NCBI GenBank assembly: GCA_035084275.1
Contig: CM068745.1
Coordinates: forward strand, 54,560,001-54,624,000
Source of the DNA: Hydrolagus colliei
Lineage: Eukaryota
Direction: 5' to 3'
Length of the DNA: 64,000 nt
The translations under genes and the position numbers were made by a program. The notes under the pieces are model-generated. The model was not told where the DNA came from, searched no databases, and worked only from the letters and a program-made list of their open reading frames with translations. Below are positions 62,607 through 64,000 of this stretch, piece by piece (position 1 is the stretch's first letter; each line of letters begins with the position of its first letter).

Positions 62607-64000
62607 ATCGCTGAGCTACAGGTCTCCATTATTATTAGTATTATCAAGGTGAAGGGAGAGGGCAACCATTGAGCTGAATCCTGGTCCTTACCTTTAAAAC
62701 CCTCCATGACCTTACTTCCACCTATCTCACAACCTCCTAACCATCTATCATCCACCAGAAGCATCTTAACAAGAATAATTTTTGGGACACCTAATGGAGG
62801 CATTATGTATTATTATATTCACTGAGCAATGATGGTTCCACCATTTGAAGATGCAGAGCTCATGTAGTAGCAACTTACCTCACTGCATACCAATCAAGAT
62901 ACATACCAATTCCTAAATATATGACCCATTTTTTCAGAAACCTGGTATCCAGGTAATACCTATACTAACTGTCATCTGAACCTCAGTTTCCTCATCAGCT
63001 ATTCAACTGACAATTGTCTTTTGCTTGGTGGAAGGACCAAGCAAAAGACAATATAAGCAAGGGAAATGATGGAAGGACATGATTGTCTGTGAGGTACCAG
63101 CCTCCTTAACATTATAAACACAAATGCAATTTTGTTGTTGCTCCTGCTGTTGTTGTTGTAGATAGAGCTTTAAAGTCAATGCTGCATATCAGGGTTGCTC
63201 AATACCAACTGTTTAATCCAGATCGTTGTGAAATGATTTAACCTCTGCTTCCAACTCTAGAGAGCTCAGAAGCAGGTCAGTGTAGGTTGTAGTCCATCTT
63301 TCCTGCAGCTGCATCCACTGTCTGATACAAATTCAACTCACAGCTTCATCCTGAATTTTGCCTAGCAAGGTTATGGATTTGTGGTAAAACTGATGTACAG
63401 ATGTAAATGCAAGTGCTTCACTTACTGCTGGTGGCAAACTGTTAGCTAAGTGAGGCAGTGTTAATCCTGTTGATACACTTTACAGCCACATCCTCTTGTG
63501 GGTTCAGTTATTTTCATTGGTGGCATGTGAACTTCTGCCAAGTGGCAGCAGGCATGCACTTTAATATGCTGGCAATATAGCACACATGACCTAATCTTGC
63601 AGACTACTCAAATACAGTCAGGCTACATTTTGCCTTCCAAGGGCAGGAATGGCGATTGCAAAGTAAGTTGCTACTCATTGGCCTATTCAATTGCTCTTTC
63701 TATCACTGGTGCATTTATTTTGGAGTTGTAACCATTCAGCGCCTCTTTCAGCAAGGAGTGTGTGCTCTTGTGCCCTTGAGAAGACATTGTTGACTGTATG
63801 ATGGTGTCATCTTTGCATTGTGCATTGGAGCCCAGCTATAAACAAAGTGGTGGCAATTAGAGCATCAGCCAGATGTCCCCGGAAGAATAAGCCAAGCATT
63901 GTGTTTGCTTCTATGTTATTCTGTTCATAAGTGATGAGTGTTACATCCTTTTAGGATATTTATTTTAGGATATTTAGACTCATCATCAACTTACAGTAGT

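Noticed and set aside
1-64000. Autonomous transposase or any multi-gene novel system
   Set aside because: No DDE/DDD transposase ORF or credible host CDS is visible; the remaining short ORFs lack recognisable domains

Overview
Eukaryotic non-coding DNA with no host-gene exon, rRNA, intact tRNA or CRISPR array that I can support. The repeat content suggests a cartilaginous fish, possibly a chimaera; this is inference. The window is a patchwork of tRNA-headed SINEs (at least three families, two with Deu-domain-like cores), L2 and CR1 LINE fragments, one Neptune-type Penelope remnant and four TA-flanked Tc1/mariner (Tigger/pogo-like) MITEs. The most striking content is six copies (about 6.4 kb in total) of one non-autonomous hAT family. 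These have 16-bp TAGGG TIRs, 8-bp TSDs, CGATAT subterminal repeats, NRF1/YY1-like motifs and an expandable G-rich minisatellite. The copies fall into two TIR subtypes, and one copy is an A/B chimera with no TSD. All long Pro-rich or Gly/Arg-rich ORFs in the track are translation artefacts of these minisatellites. Several repeat-free stretches look like conserved non-coding enhancers, which I cannot verify here. Boundaries of old SINE/LINE fragments are approximate; TIR and TSD coordinates were read base by base.
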